Below are positions 1 to 8,552 of a DNA stretch of 64,000 nt, piece after piece. This DNA is from a plasmid. Every line of letters begins with the position of its first letter. Within the stretch, counting starts at the first letter, position 1. A model generated the notes under the pieces. That model saw only the letters and a list, made by a program, of their open reading frames with translations, had not been told where the DNA came from and ran no database searches. The position numbers were made by a program, and so were the translations under genes. The stretch is taken from assembly GCF_056712565.1 (NCBI RefSeq), contig NZ_JBWXXM010000004.1. The stretch is one strand, 5' to 3'.

Positions 1-156
1 ACGTGCAGCTTCAAGGATAGATGCGGCACGCGCGGCATCATCTTTAATGAATTGGTTATCAGTACCGAACTGCGCAGTGCTTGCCCAGCCAAGCACAGCT
101 TTAGAGCGTTTTGCGATATCTGCAATACGATTCTGGTATTCGCGTAAGTTACTCAA
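1..156 (-). CDS. partial CDS, N-terminal 52 codons; gene continues beyond window start; hypothetical (possibly a late/head gene)
   Basis: Open frame on minus strand from TTG at 156 (RBS AAGGAAG 6 nt upstream) to position 1, reading LSNLREYQNRIADIAKRSKAVLGW...; late-promoter-like box upstream at 219-233. Confidence 0.35.
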   Translation of the reverse strand, partial: MSNLREYQNRIADIAKRSKAVLGWASTAQFGTDNQFIKDDAARAASILEAAR

Positions 157-289
157 TTTACTCTTCCTTAAACACAAGGCACTTGTGTGAATCCCTTTTC
201 GGAAGAGATTTTATTGAAAGTCACTTGTTGACTTTCTCGTGACAAGCAATTTTTTTATTTTTTTCGGGAGTAGGGGAGGAAGGTAAAAT

Positions 290-380
290 CCAAGGTGAAA
301 TCGTGGCGATTTCACCTTGAAATTTTAGATGGATTTACTTTAAAAACAGTTGGTTAATAGTGAAATTTGAATGGCGAAAG
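290..380. other. parS: parS-like partition site
   Basis: Immediately downstream of parB: heptamer ATTTCAC boxes (295-301, 309-315, 360-366) and hexamer TCGCCA boxes as TGGCGA (304-309, 372-377) flanking an AT-rich IHF-like spacer. Confidence 0.65.
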
Positions 381-381
381 T

Positions 382-1383
382 TTAAGGCTTCGGCTTTTTA
401 TCGAGGCTCTTTCTAAGGATATGCCCAATCATCCTGTCGAGTTCTTCCTGTAGCTCTTTTGAAAGTCGATTAAACTCATAAGAAAATGCACGGCCTTTCA
501 CGCGCTTCCTTGCAAAGCGATCCTTGTCCTCAAATTTCCATAATTCAGTAACTACGGACTTATCTTTAGAACCTTTATCCGTGAGTAGTGAGGCTTCCTT
601 TGTTATCAAGCGCAGGATTTTATTTTTAACTTCATCTTCGGCCATTTCTTCAATGGATAAGATGTCGTTTATTTCCGGGGATATGTTTTGAATAAGCTGA
701 TCAAACTCTAAATTCTTGTTCCCCATTTCGTCGCCAACAGCACAAAGCGTTTTGTAGTCCGAAAAGGTTAATTCCGACTGCACAGGGAAAAGGGCGACTA
801 ATTCTTCCGGAGCACTCGCTGCCTGGAGAGCACGCGTGACCTTCGCCTGAGACAGCCCTTCTTTGGCTGCAATATCCTTCTGACTCATCCCATCATTTTT
901 CATTCGCATCAAACGCAGACCTATTTCTCGAATGCTGTGCTGCAATGCTGTCTGAACGTCTTTCGCTAAATTTTGCGCTTCCTGAACGCTGATCTCCTGG
1001 TCCGTGACTAAAACCCGCAACCCTACGTTCTCTAAGATGGCAGAAGCTCGACGCCGGGAACCATCCAAAATTTCAATTTTCCCTGTAGCCCGTCTGACAC
1101 CTATTGCAGGGTAAAATTGCTGATGCTTAATAGTGCTTCGGATACTTTTTAATGATTTTGGCGTAAGAGATGCCTGGTCACGCCCGTTGTTATGCTGATC
1201 AACAAAGGTATCGCTTTCTACCTGGTTCGGAGGTATTACCTCTTCAATAAATGTGGCCTGGCGACCAGTTGATAACTTGAATACCTGCTCGACTCGATCG
1301 CCAGAGGCTGAAGAACTATCAAATCCGCTTAATATTGAAGGATTAAGGGTTCGCCCAATTGTTGGTCTGTTTTTCTTTGACAT
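382..1383 (-). CDS. parB: ParB partition protein (centromere-binding)
   Basis: 333-aa ORF downstream of parA, next to parS boxes; sequence recognised as P1-type ParB. Confidence 0.9.
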   Translation of the reverse strand: MSKKNRPTIGRTLNPSILSGFDSSSASGDRVEQVFKLSTGRQATFIEEVIPPNQVESDTFVDQHNNGRDQASLTPKSLKSIRSTIKHQQFYPAIGVRRATGKIEILDGSRRRASAILENVGLRVLVTDQEISVQEAQNLAKDVQTALQHSIREIGLRLMRMKNDGMSQKDIAAKEGLSQAKVTRALQAASAPEELVALFPVQSELTFSDYKTLCAVGDEMGNKNLEFDQLIQNISPEINDILSIEEMAEDEVKNKILRLITKEASLLTDKGSKDKSVVTELWKFEDKDRFARKRVKGRAFSYEFNRLSKELQEELDRMIGHILRKSLDKKPKP

Positions 1384-1399
1384 GGGGGTTTCTTACTCC

Positions 1400-2596
1400 T
1401 CAGTTAGATCTGATAAATTCAATACGGTCAAAAACTGCTTTAGCAAAATCTTCCGCAGCAATTCGCGCGTTCTTCAATGCATCAGCACTACCAACATACG
1501 TTGCCGGGTTAGCTGAAATAACAGTGTCAAAAGACTCGCCGCAGCGTTCAAAACCGTCAAGGCGAGGGAGGACAACATCAAGCATATCCCCACCGAACAC
1601 TTCTTTAGCCAGGCTATGGCAATACTTATGGTCTGCCTTGTTACTCAACTTGGACATAAATCCAATGTTAGTTGCAAGCTGACACTCGCAGCCTTCATCC
1701 GAAATGAGTTTCACCAACTCAGGAAGGCGGGCAACGTATTTAAGCGATGAGTGGAAATCAACCGTTGCAGGCGGCAGAGGTGTAAACAGTATATTGGCCG
1801 AGGCCAAAGCATTTTTCAGGAAGGCGTCAAGGTGAGGACCACTATCAACGAGGATAAAGTCATAATCGCTCTTCAGCTTATCAATCACATTTTCTTTCAG
1901 GACTGCATGGATGTTCTGACCCGGTAGATGCTCATTGCACAGCTCTCTCCAATCGGATGCAATAAAGGCATCGTCAATCGACGCAGGCATAACGTCAACC
2001 CCAGGTACAACAGAAGGAACAATAAACTCCTCTAACAGCTCTTCACGGCTTACATTCTGCAACATAGCCTGTGCAGATGTTGCGTTTACGATACCAATAG
2101 AGTGTTTATGGCTTAAAAACATCGTTGCTGAAGATTGCGGATCAAGGTCAATAACCAGAATCCTTAAATCTTCCATCAGAAGATGAGGATGAGCACGCAT
2201 TGCATGCGCCAGAGAAACCGTCGATACAGTTTTTGACACACCGCCTTTAAGATTGGAGATGAAAATCACATACGCTTCGCTGTAGCGATCCCGGTATTTT
2301 GGCACTCCGCGATGTTCATATATGTCAATGATGTTCTGAATTGACATCGCATATTTCATTGAAGAGCCAGCAGGGCGTTTATCGAAAACATAACCCTTTT
2401 CTTCCATTTCACTTACGGCATAGTCAACGTTCGCACGAGTCAGTAGAGGCAATTTTGCCAGTGCCGCTTTCGCATAGACCTGGTAAAACTCGTTCGCGTG
2501 TAGCTCATCCTTTTGCAACTGTACTTGTTCAGTCAGAACATTGAGCATTCTATTTGCTCTTTGAGCAACCTTGTGAAGCTGGCTGGAATCACTCAT
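1400..2596 (-). CDS. parA: ParA partition ATPase (Walker-type, deviant Walker A KGGVSKT)
   Basis: 398-aa ORF with KGGVSKT P-loop; recognised as P1-type ParA; 16-bp gap to parB. Confidence 0.9.
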   Translation of the reverse strand: MSDSSQLHKVAQRANRMLNVLTEQVQLQKDELHANEFYQVYAKAALAKLPLLTRANVDYAVSEMEEKGYVFDKRPAGSSMKYAMSIQNIIDIYEHRGVPKYRDRYSEAYVIFISNLKGGVSKTVSTVSLAHAMRAHPHLLMEDLRILVIDLDPQSSATMFLSHKHSIGIVNATSAQAMLQNVSREELLEEFIVPSVVPGVDVMPASIDDAFIASDWRELCNEHLPGQNIHAVLKENVIDKLKSDYDFILVDSGPHLDAFLKNALASANILFTPLPPATVDFHSSLKYVARLPELVKLISDEGCECQLATNIGFMSKLSNKADHKYCHSLAKEVFGGDMLDVVLPRLDGFERCGESFDTVISANPATYVGSADALKNARIAAEDFAKAVFDRIEFIRSN

Positions 2597-2735
2597 CGAA
2601 AGTCATCCTTTATGCTGTATTTTTGAATTTAATTAAAAATGCTGCATAAAATAATAATGTATGCGTAGATGCTTGTACATAGCATTCTCTGCATGTTTGG
2701 TTCATTTTGCACGATTGAGAGTTACAAGGAGGGCA

Positions 2736-2757
2736 CAAAAAAGCCCCGTTCAGGGGC
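2736..2757 (-). terminator. rho-independent terminator after T5orf172-like gene
   Basis: Minus-strand stem GCCCC-GAACG-GGGGC followed by T-run (plus strand CAAAAAAGCCCCGTTCAGGGGC). Confidence 0.6.
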
Positions 2758-2764
2758 ATCAGTG

Positions 2765-3574
2765 TTATTTGCTAAGAGCAGCGAATAATCGTTCGAAATC
2801 GATAGTATCTATAGCACGCGTAAGCGCCGGAAGTTCAGCCTCAAAGTACCCGTGTCGATCGTAAAAGAAGGGACCGAAGAGCGAGGCATGTTGGATTCTA
2901 CTTCGCCCCAGCCCGGACACACAGTTAAGCCCATTACCGGCTAAAAGGCTAAAAAACTTCTCTGGATTATCGTGGTAAAGCTGGGAATCAATGGTGGCGG
3001 TTAACTCTTCCATAGGGAAGCACACCCGCCCTGTATCCCAGGGATATTTAGTCCGAAGCATAAACATTGCTTTCAGCAATTCACATTGAGCGCGGATCGC
3101 GTCCGGTTCATAGCCAGATATGGAGACATAAGCCACGTCCCTCATTCCTGCGTCATCTTTGAAAGTCACGATAGAAGTAACATCCAGCTCTTTTTCGAAA
3201 GAGCAAGCAGCATCTACTGGACGCTGAAGTAAATCATTCGACTTAATGCGCTCGAGAATCCCTCCCCACATATCATTTAGATATTCGATATGAGCCAAAA
3301 CCTTATCAAGACACTCTCGTGTAAACCATTCAGTATGCCCGCCACCGACGCTTTTCTCCCACGGCGCATTCCAGGGGAAAAAGGTTGCGTGTAAAGCCCG
3401 CTCAAGATTAACCATTGCCAAACGCGTACCACGATAGACCCGTGAAAGCGCAAAATCGGGACTCACTTGTAGTCCTTTAAACCGTGCCAATGGACCACAT
3501 GAAATGCCGATTTTAAAAGTATCTCCGTTCTCTGGCACCAGAACGTAGAGGTAGTGTTGTTTCTCTTCTTGCAT
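2765..3574 (-). CDS. T5orf172 / GIY-YIG-like domain protein
   Basis: 269-aa ORF; N-terminus YLYVLVPENGDTFKIGIS resembles T5orf172 (GIY-YIG-like) signature; own terminator; lies between iteron array and parA. Confidence 0.55.
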   Translation of the reverse strand: MQEEKQHYLYVLVPENGDTFKIGISCGPLARFKGLQVSPDFALSRVYRGTRLAMVNLERALHATFFPWNAPWEKSVGGGHTEWFTRECLDKVLAHIEYLNDMWGGILERIKSNDLLQRPVDAACSFEKELDVTSIVTFKDDAGMRDVAYVSISGYEPDAIRAQCELLKAMFMLRTKYPWDTGRVCFPMEELTATIDSQLYHDNPEKFFSLLAGNGLNCVSGLGRSRIQHASLFGPFFYDRHGYFEAELPALTRAIDTIDFERLFAALSK

Positions 3575-3608
3575 ATCAATACCACTGCTTGATGAGAACC
3601 GCGCAAAT

Positions 3609-3865
3609 GTTGACTATGCGCGAAGGTTAATGTGAATAGTTGACTATGCGCGATGTGACTACAGTCAAAAGTTGACTGTAGTCGATTTAACTCCACCAAA
3701 GATCGACTATGTAAGATATTGTCGGGAGAAACGTTGACTATACGCGATGAAATGCCCCTAAAAGCCATCTCAATAGCGACTTGCAGAATATTGACGCCAG
3801 CAAAAATCCACCAGCGTCAACGAATGTCGCCTATAGTCAACTTCTCGCTATCGCATATAGTCAAT
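3609..3865. repeat. iteron array downstream of repA (incA-like copy-control locus), about 8-9 copies
   Basis: Repeated GTTGACTATGCGCGA / CGC.TATAGTCAA units in both orientations at 3609, 3639, 3671, 3701, 3733, 3828, 3852 and others. Confidence 0.7.
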
Positions 3866-3866
3866 A

Positions 3867-4787
3867 TTATGGATTGCGCTTATGGATCTGGAAGCCGATT
3901 TTCCTGCCGTTTTTTATCTCTGAAAATTTAAGATATTCAATAGCTTCCAAATCTTTCATGGCTTTTCTGATAACGCTATTTTGCACGCTAACGGATGATT
4001 TGAGATTAAGCCTCGCTCTAAGGCGCTCAATGCTGACAGGTGCCGGGTTGGCGGGTAGAGCCTCAAAGAATGTATACAGTACCTTGGCCGTCTCTTTGCG
4101 CCCTAGTTTATCCAGCATCTTCAGCTTCAGGATTCGCTTATAGTCAACATAGTAAAGTTCAGATAGCTGTTTCTGCGGCTGGATCTCGATAACATCAAGC
4201 TCGGTATTCAGGCTGCTATATGCCAACAAGTTGACGTTAATGTTATTGAGATGACCTTTTGCCGCCGGGAAGCGGAATTTGACAACTGTCTGCTGAATGC
4301 GTGTCAGAGAGTCATCAATACTTTTACGGAACGCCTTTGAAAGGCGCTTACGTGGATAGCCGCATCGATCGGCAAACTCGGAGAATGGCAGGGTGATTAT
4401 GCCGTCATCATCAGGTGCGTAGTCAAACAACGCGGAAGTTATGCCCACCCACACCTTAAAATCAGTATCCATATCCAGGCGTGGACCATGAATTTCAATT
4501 CCCTCATAGCCTTCCTGCTCAACAATTTTGAGGCTTGATAGTTCTTCAGTTGCGTTCGTTGTGTTTGTTGTAACTGACGATCCGCGACGTAGCGCCACAT
4601 TGGTAGATTTTAAGGTTGGCACAAACACACCTAAGCGCAACAAAGCGATGGGTTGTATAGTGCTGTTGTTATTGGGCTTCAGGCTGTGGATTTCTCCTGT
4701 ATTTCCTGCAACTTCTTCAACGCTAAGGAAGCCTTTACTTTCTTCCGGCATCACGGTTTCTCCATGTGTGGCGCGGCCTGACGTCAA
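3867..4787 (-). CDS. repA: RepA plasmid replication initiator (iteron-binding)
   Basis: 306-aa ORF flanked by iteron arrays on both sides; RepA-like motifs (GPRLDMDTDFKVW); alternative start at 4751. Confidence 0.8.
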   Translation of the reverse strand: MTSGRATHGETVMPEESKGFLSVEEVAGNTGEIHSLKPNNNSTIQPIALLRLGVFVPTLKSTNVALRRGSSVTTNTTNATEELSSLKIVEQEGYEGIEIHGPRLDMDTDFKVWVGITSALFDYAPDDDGIITLPFSEFADRCGYPRKRLSKAFRKSIDDSLTRIQQTVVKFRFPAAKGHLNNINVNLLAYSSLNTELDVIEIQPQKQLSELYYVDYKRILKLKMLDKLGRKETAKVLYTFFEALPANPAPVSIERLRARLNLKSSVSVQNSVIRKAMKDLEAIEYLKFSEIKNGRKIGFQIHKRNP

Positions 4788-4835
4788 TTTGGATGGCTGT
4801 TATCAACAGCTGTGAATATTCAGACTCTAAAATCG

Positions 4836-4933
4836 CTTACAGTCAATGTTTCTGTCGCGTATAGTCAACAATAAATCGCGTGCAGTCAACAATAAATCGT
4901 GCACAGTCAACATAAAATCGCGTATAGTCAATG
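4836..4933. repeat. origin iterons, 5 copies at about 21-bp spacing
   Basis: CGCGTATAGTCAAC-type repeats at 4836, 4857, 4877, 4898, 4919 directly upstream of repA. Confidence 0.75.
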
Positions 4934-4935
4934 TT

Positions 4936-5043
4936 GATCCCATTTCAGGCCAGTAATGACGCGGCTTACAGCGATCCGGGATCTTCTTTGGATCTTCCTA
5001 GGTTCTCTTTAGGATCTGTTTATTGGATCTATGCTGTGGATAA
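4936..5043. promoter_or_regulatory. origin-associated GATC cluster (6 Dam sites) and DnaA box
   Basis: GATC at 4936, 4973, 4980, 4991, 5013, 5026; TGTGGATAAG at 5035-5044 is the reverse complement of DnaA box TTATCCACA. Confidence 0.65.
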
Positions 5044-5086
5044 GTTGAATAAACCGGCCAACAAAGCCGGTTGGAAGGAAGTCATA

Positions 5087-5479
5087 TTATTCTACGCTTT
5101 CGATAAGAAGACCATGTTCATAACATTTAAGCTCATCGCCTTCATACAGGAATTGGTATCCAATACCACCATTTTCATGGACATTAGGGAATAACTCATA
5201 ACTCACTGAAGAGCAAATCACACCAATGCAGCGATCAACGCCTTCTCGTTCTTCAGTGCTGAAAAAATCCTCTTCGGTAAGAACATGAGTACATTGCTCA
5301 TCAGCATAGGTCGGAAATACATGCTCGATGCAATCCGGGTGTTTTAAACCAAGCTGATCGGCAAGCTCGAAAGCATGACGGTATTGTTCAGATCCTGGCT
5401 TGCCAACAGTGATGTGCTCAATTTTGTAGATTGAAGTCGCTTTGTTGATAGTTTGCTTTACTGTTACTTTATCAGACAT
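5087..5479 (-). CDS. hypothetical protein (upfA-like position)
   Basis: 130-aa ORF upstream of repA origin in same orientation as neighbours. Confidence 0.5.
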   Translation of the reverse strand: MSDKVTVKQTINKATSIYKIEHITVGKPGSEQYRHAFELADQLGLKHPDCIEHVFPTYADEQCTHVLTEEDFFSTEEREGVDRCIGVICSSVSYELFPNVHENGGIGYQFLYEGDELKCYEHGLLIESVE

Positions 5480-5490
5480 AAAAATCCCTT

Positions 5491-5742
5491 TTAGTTACCG
5501 CTGATAGCGCGGTTGTAATCATTAACGTTGCGATTCTTCCTGTTAATCCCCATCAGCATCGTTTCTGTATCGAGGATATACGCTGGCAGATCATCAAAAT
5601 ATTCACTGCTAAACTCTGGCATTCTGCACATAAATGCACTTTTGGGGGCAGGGTGGTTAACCTTTGTCGGCGTCGGCGTTAAATTCGCTGATCGACTCCC
5701 GGAGCAACCGCTGAGTGTCAGCAGGAATGCGCTGGCGAACAT
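5491..5742 (-). CDS. lipoprotein, o-spanin-like (Rz1-like)
   Basis: Signal peptide MFASAFLLTLSGC with lipobox, Pro-rich mature part; overlaps 3-prime end of the upstream coiled-coil membrane ORF in another frame. Confidence 0.5.
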   Translation of the reverse strand: MFASAFLLTLSGCSGSRSANLTPTPTKVNHPAPKSAFMCRMPEFSSEYFDDLPAYILDTETMLMGINRKNRNVNDYNRAISGN

Positions 5743-6079
5743 TACCCGCCGCAACCAGTTGTTTCTGAACTTCAGCTTTTCGTTCCATTTGCCTGTCAGC
5801 ATATTTGGCTTGTTCTGATTCATTTTTCACTTCCTGGCTGTGAAAATGTTGCTCTGCTTTGTTCATCGTCTCAATGGTCTGGTTAAGATCCATTATTGAC
5901 TTATCACGTTCCTTAACAGCCTGATCAAGACTGCCAATTTTCTCCATGGCTTGCTTTAGCTGATGACGTTCCCATGCAAACCCAGCACCAACAAGTGCGC
6001 AAATCAGAACAAGAACACCAGTAGCAGCAAGTTTCTCCTTCAAAGACAAAGCTGTTTTTAACGTAGAAAAGAATGACAT
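5657..6079 (-). CDS. i-spanin-like (Rz-like) membrane coiled-coil protein
   Basis: N-terminal TM segment GVLVLICALVGAGFAW then coiled-coil; AGGAGG RBS before ATG at 6079; overlapped by lipoprotein ORF. Confidence 0.5.
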   Translation of the reverse strand: MSFFSTLKTALSLKEKLAATGVLVLICALVGAGFAWERHQLKQAMEKIGSLDQAVKERDKSIMDLNQTIETMNKAEQHFHSQEVKNESEQAKYADRQMERKAEVQKQLVAAGNVRQRIPADTQRLLRESISEFNADADKG

Positions 6080-6118
6080 GTCTTCCTCCTGAAGAAAAAT
6101 TATCAATGAAGTCCTTTG

Positions 6119-6904
6119 TTACTGTGCCGCTTTGTTTAATTCATCAAGAACAGAATCAGGAACCAAAGCGGCAACTGCGCTGGCTGTGCTGGCCTTATTT
6201 GCTGATGCTTCCGCAAGCGCGGTACCGATAGCATGGTTATAAGCAGTTATGGCTACGTTGGCGCTTTCATTCGCTCGTTCATACTGCTGTTGTAACGCAG
6301 TTGTGGGCGCTGTTGTCTGGTTGAAAACAACCCCAAACTGTTCAGTTGCTACTTTCAGAGATTCAATTTGCTCTTCTGTTAGTGCTGGTGGGGGAGTGGC
6401 AGTGCCGCCGCCTGAACCAGAGCCTGACGAGCTTCCTGAGCCAGTGTTAAGGGTCTGGTTAATCTCCCCCATTGCAGCGACTAAACTTGATGTATTAAGC
6501 GCGTTAACAGCGTCCTCAAGCGATTTAGTAATATTCACATCACCAATGGCAATAGAGATCGGCAGTTCTGAAACTTCTCGCTCATTAGCACGGCAGTAAA
6601 CATCCCAACCAATATCGAGTTGAAGCAGCATTGACAGATCTGCATAACCAGCCAACAGGTCCGCGTGCTTAGTTGCCAGTTCTCCAATGTTCGTTAAGCC
6701 GGTTGTGGTTGTTCTGATCGTTGAAACATAGCTGGTAATAGTGTCGGGATAGACAATTGTATCCAGAATTAATCCGGTCAATTCTTCTGCAAGCAGTTTT
6801 GCTGTGTTAGCACTGTTTCGTGCCGATGTTATGGCACCAGGTGTTTTCATCCCACCGGCGGCGGCCAATTTTTTATATGCGGATAACTGGTAGTCTTTTT
6901 CCAG
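6119..6904 (-). CDS. hypothetical protein with Gly/Ser-rich linker
   Basis: 262-aa ORF from ATG at 6904 (RBS GGAGAT); GSGSSSGSGSGGG linker. Confidence 0.55.
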   Translation of the reverse strand: MEKDYQLSAYKKLAAAGGMKTPGAITSARNSANTAKLLAEELTGLILDTIVYPDTITSYVSTIRTTTTGLTNIGELATKHADLLAGYADLSMLLQLDIGWDVYCRANEREVSELPISIAIGDVNITKSLEDAVNALNTSSLVAAMGEINQTLNTGSGSSSGSGSGGGTATPPPALTEEQIESLKVATEQFGVVFNQTTAPTTALQQQYERANESANVAITAYNHAIGTALAEASANKASTASAVAALVPDSVLDELNKAAQ

Positions 6905-6915
6905 CATGATATCTC

Positions 6916-7200
6916 CTAACTTACCTGAACCAGGCCGTCTCCGGACGCTACGGTAGATCCGCATGAAACAGGGTCACCAACGCATACGATCCCTTTACCA
7001 TTGACGGTAAACCATGCCCTGGTTGATATAGCTTGCCCACCGTGCGTACTGTTTCCATCGGTATGCTGTGCATATTGCTTACCATCAACTAACACTTCGA
7101 CTCCGTTGACTTTAAGTAGTGGTTCACTCTCTACAGGAGGCCTGGATGGGAATCCTCCGTGCCCCGAACAAATGCTGTCTTTTGTTGCAATACTTGCCAC
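6916..7200 (-). CDS. PAAR-like small protein
   Basis: 94-aa ORF with HGG and GDPVSCG motifs reminiscent of PAAR spike-tip domains. Confidence 0.4.
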   Translation of the reverse strand: MASIATKDSICSGHGGFPSRPPVESEPLLKVNGVEVLVDGKQYAQHTDGNSTHGGQAISTRAWFTVNGKGIVCVGDPVSCGSTVASGDGLVQVS

Positions 7201-7281
7201 GCCATCACCAATTATTTGCTCTGATTTTCGTTATTTTAACTTAGGTTATTTGTGGTCTGTATGGCGTTTACTTATTACAAA

Positions 7282-7298
7282 ATTGCTCTAATAAATAT
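7282..7298 (+). promoter_or_regulatory. C1-operator-like site
   Basis: ATTGCTCTAATAAATAT upstream of uhr-hrdC. Confidence 0.55.
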
Positions 7299-7369
7299 TG
7301 TTTTTTATGTCGTATTTTCGGTACCATTCAGCCATCGCCCTTCAATGGGCATTTGTTTGGAGTCGTCAG

Positions 7370-7654
7370 ATGCAGATGGAGCTAATAAGCCGCAAGGAGT
7401 TCGATAGCCGTGTAACCAGCGGTGAACTCGACAACTTGCAGGCTATCAAGGTGAAAGAAGGCTTTTGCCTCATTGGGAATCAGAGCGGAACAAATCGCGT
7501 TTTTATGCTTCGCCGTACGGATTTGAAGCCATTTGTCTGGAAGAACGAAATTGGTCCCAGCTCATACGCTCAAACGAGGGGGTGCCACAACCTGGCCTTT
7601 TTCTACAAAGACGAGCTTTCTGTGGTTGATATTCAAGGGTTACAACATGTTTAA
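7370..7654 (+). CDS. hypothetical protein upstream of hrdC (uhr-like)
   Basis: ORF in frame from 7298, likely start at MQMELIS (7370); stop overlaps hrdC start. Confidence 0.45.
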   Translation: MQMELISRKEFDSRVTSGELDNLQAIKVKEGFCLIGNQSGTNRVFMLRRTDLKPFVWKNEIGPSSYAQTRGCHNLAFFYKDELSVVDIQGLQHV

Positions 7655-8552
7655 GCACTGGAAAAACATTACTATTTATAAACTTTCTCGTGAGGCGGAT
7701 CTGACCGACTTAGAAGATAAAAAGAAAATGATCCTTTTCACGCCATGCGGTAGTCAGGATATGGCCAAGTTCGGTTTTGTATCGCCATTTGGTGATAATT
7801 CCGAAGTTATCGCTATGCATGGAAATGGTTTTATCCTTGTTGAAGCAAAGCGCGAAACAAAAATTCTTCCCCCGCCGGTTATCCAGCGAGCTATTCAAGA
7901 AAAAATTGAAAAACTTGAGCAAGAACAAGCGCGTAAACTGAAGAAAACAGAGAAGGACTCCCTGAAAGACGAAGTTCTGCATTCTCTTCTGCCACGGGCT
8001 TTTTCAAAGTTTTCTGTTATCCAGGCGATCTACGACGGTTCAACTAAACGTATCTATATCAATGCCAGCGCGCGGCAGGCAGAGGATATGCTCGCGCTTA
8101 TGCGTAAGTCTCTTGGTTCTCTTCCTGTTGTTCCCCTGAGTGTTGAAAATCCCATTGAATTAACGCTGACCGACTGGGTACGTGATGGTAGTGCTCCACA
8201 GGGATTTCAAATGGGGGATGCGGCAGAACTTAAGGCAGTGCTTGAGGATGGCGGTATTGCCCGAGTGAAAAAGCAGGATTTGGGAAGCGATGAAATTTCC
8301 ACACACCTGGAAGCTGGCAAGCTCGTCACTAAGTTGGCACTCGACTGGCAGAACCGCATTAAATTTACACTGGACCATAACTTCAGCCTTACCAGCGTCA
8401 AATTTGCGGATGAATTGCTTGAGCAGAACTCTGATATTGATAGTGAAGATGTTGCGCAGCGACTGGACGCAGATTTCTTCCTGTTAACCAGTGAAATTTC
8501 GTGCCTGGTTGATGCTCTGGTAAATGCCCTTGGTGGAGAGGCTAAGCAGTGA
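7647..8552 (+). CDS. hrdC: RdgC-like recombination-associated protein
   Basis: N-terminus [13 protein letters not shown] and [45 protein letters not shown] match RdgC family essentially residue by residue. Confidence 0.85.
   Translation: MFKHWKNITIYKLSREADLTDLEDKKKMILFTPCGSQDMAKFGFVSPFGDNSEVIAMHGNGFILVEAKRETKILPPPVIQRAIQEKIEKLEQEQARKLKKTEKDSLKDEVLHSLLPRAFSKFSVIQAIYDGSTKRIYINASARQAEDMLALMRKSLGSLPVVPLSVENPIELTLTDWVRDGSAPQGFQMGDAAELKAVLEDGGIARVKKQDLGSDEISTHLEAGKLVTKLALDWQNRIKFTLDHNFSLTSVKFADELLEQNSDIDSEDVAQRLDADFFLLTSEISCLVDALVNALGGEAKQ

Noticed and set aside
1253-2544. Plus-strand ORFs of 67-107 aa within parB and parA
   Set aside because: Antisense to well-supported partition genes; no RBS or conservation signal.
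4931-5194. 87-aa plus-strand ORF overlapping the origin
   Set aside because: It spans the GATC cluster and DnaA box and overlaps the 3-prime end of the downstream minus-strand gene; most likely a chance frame in regulatory DNA.
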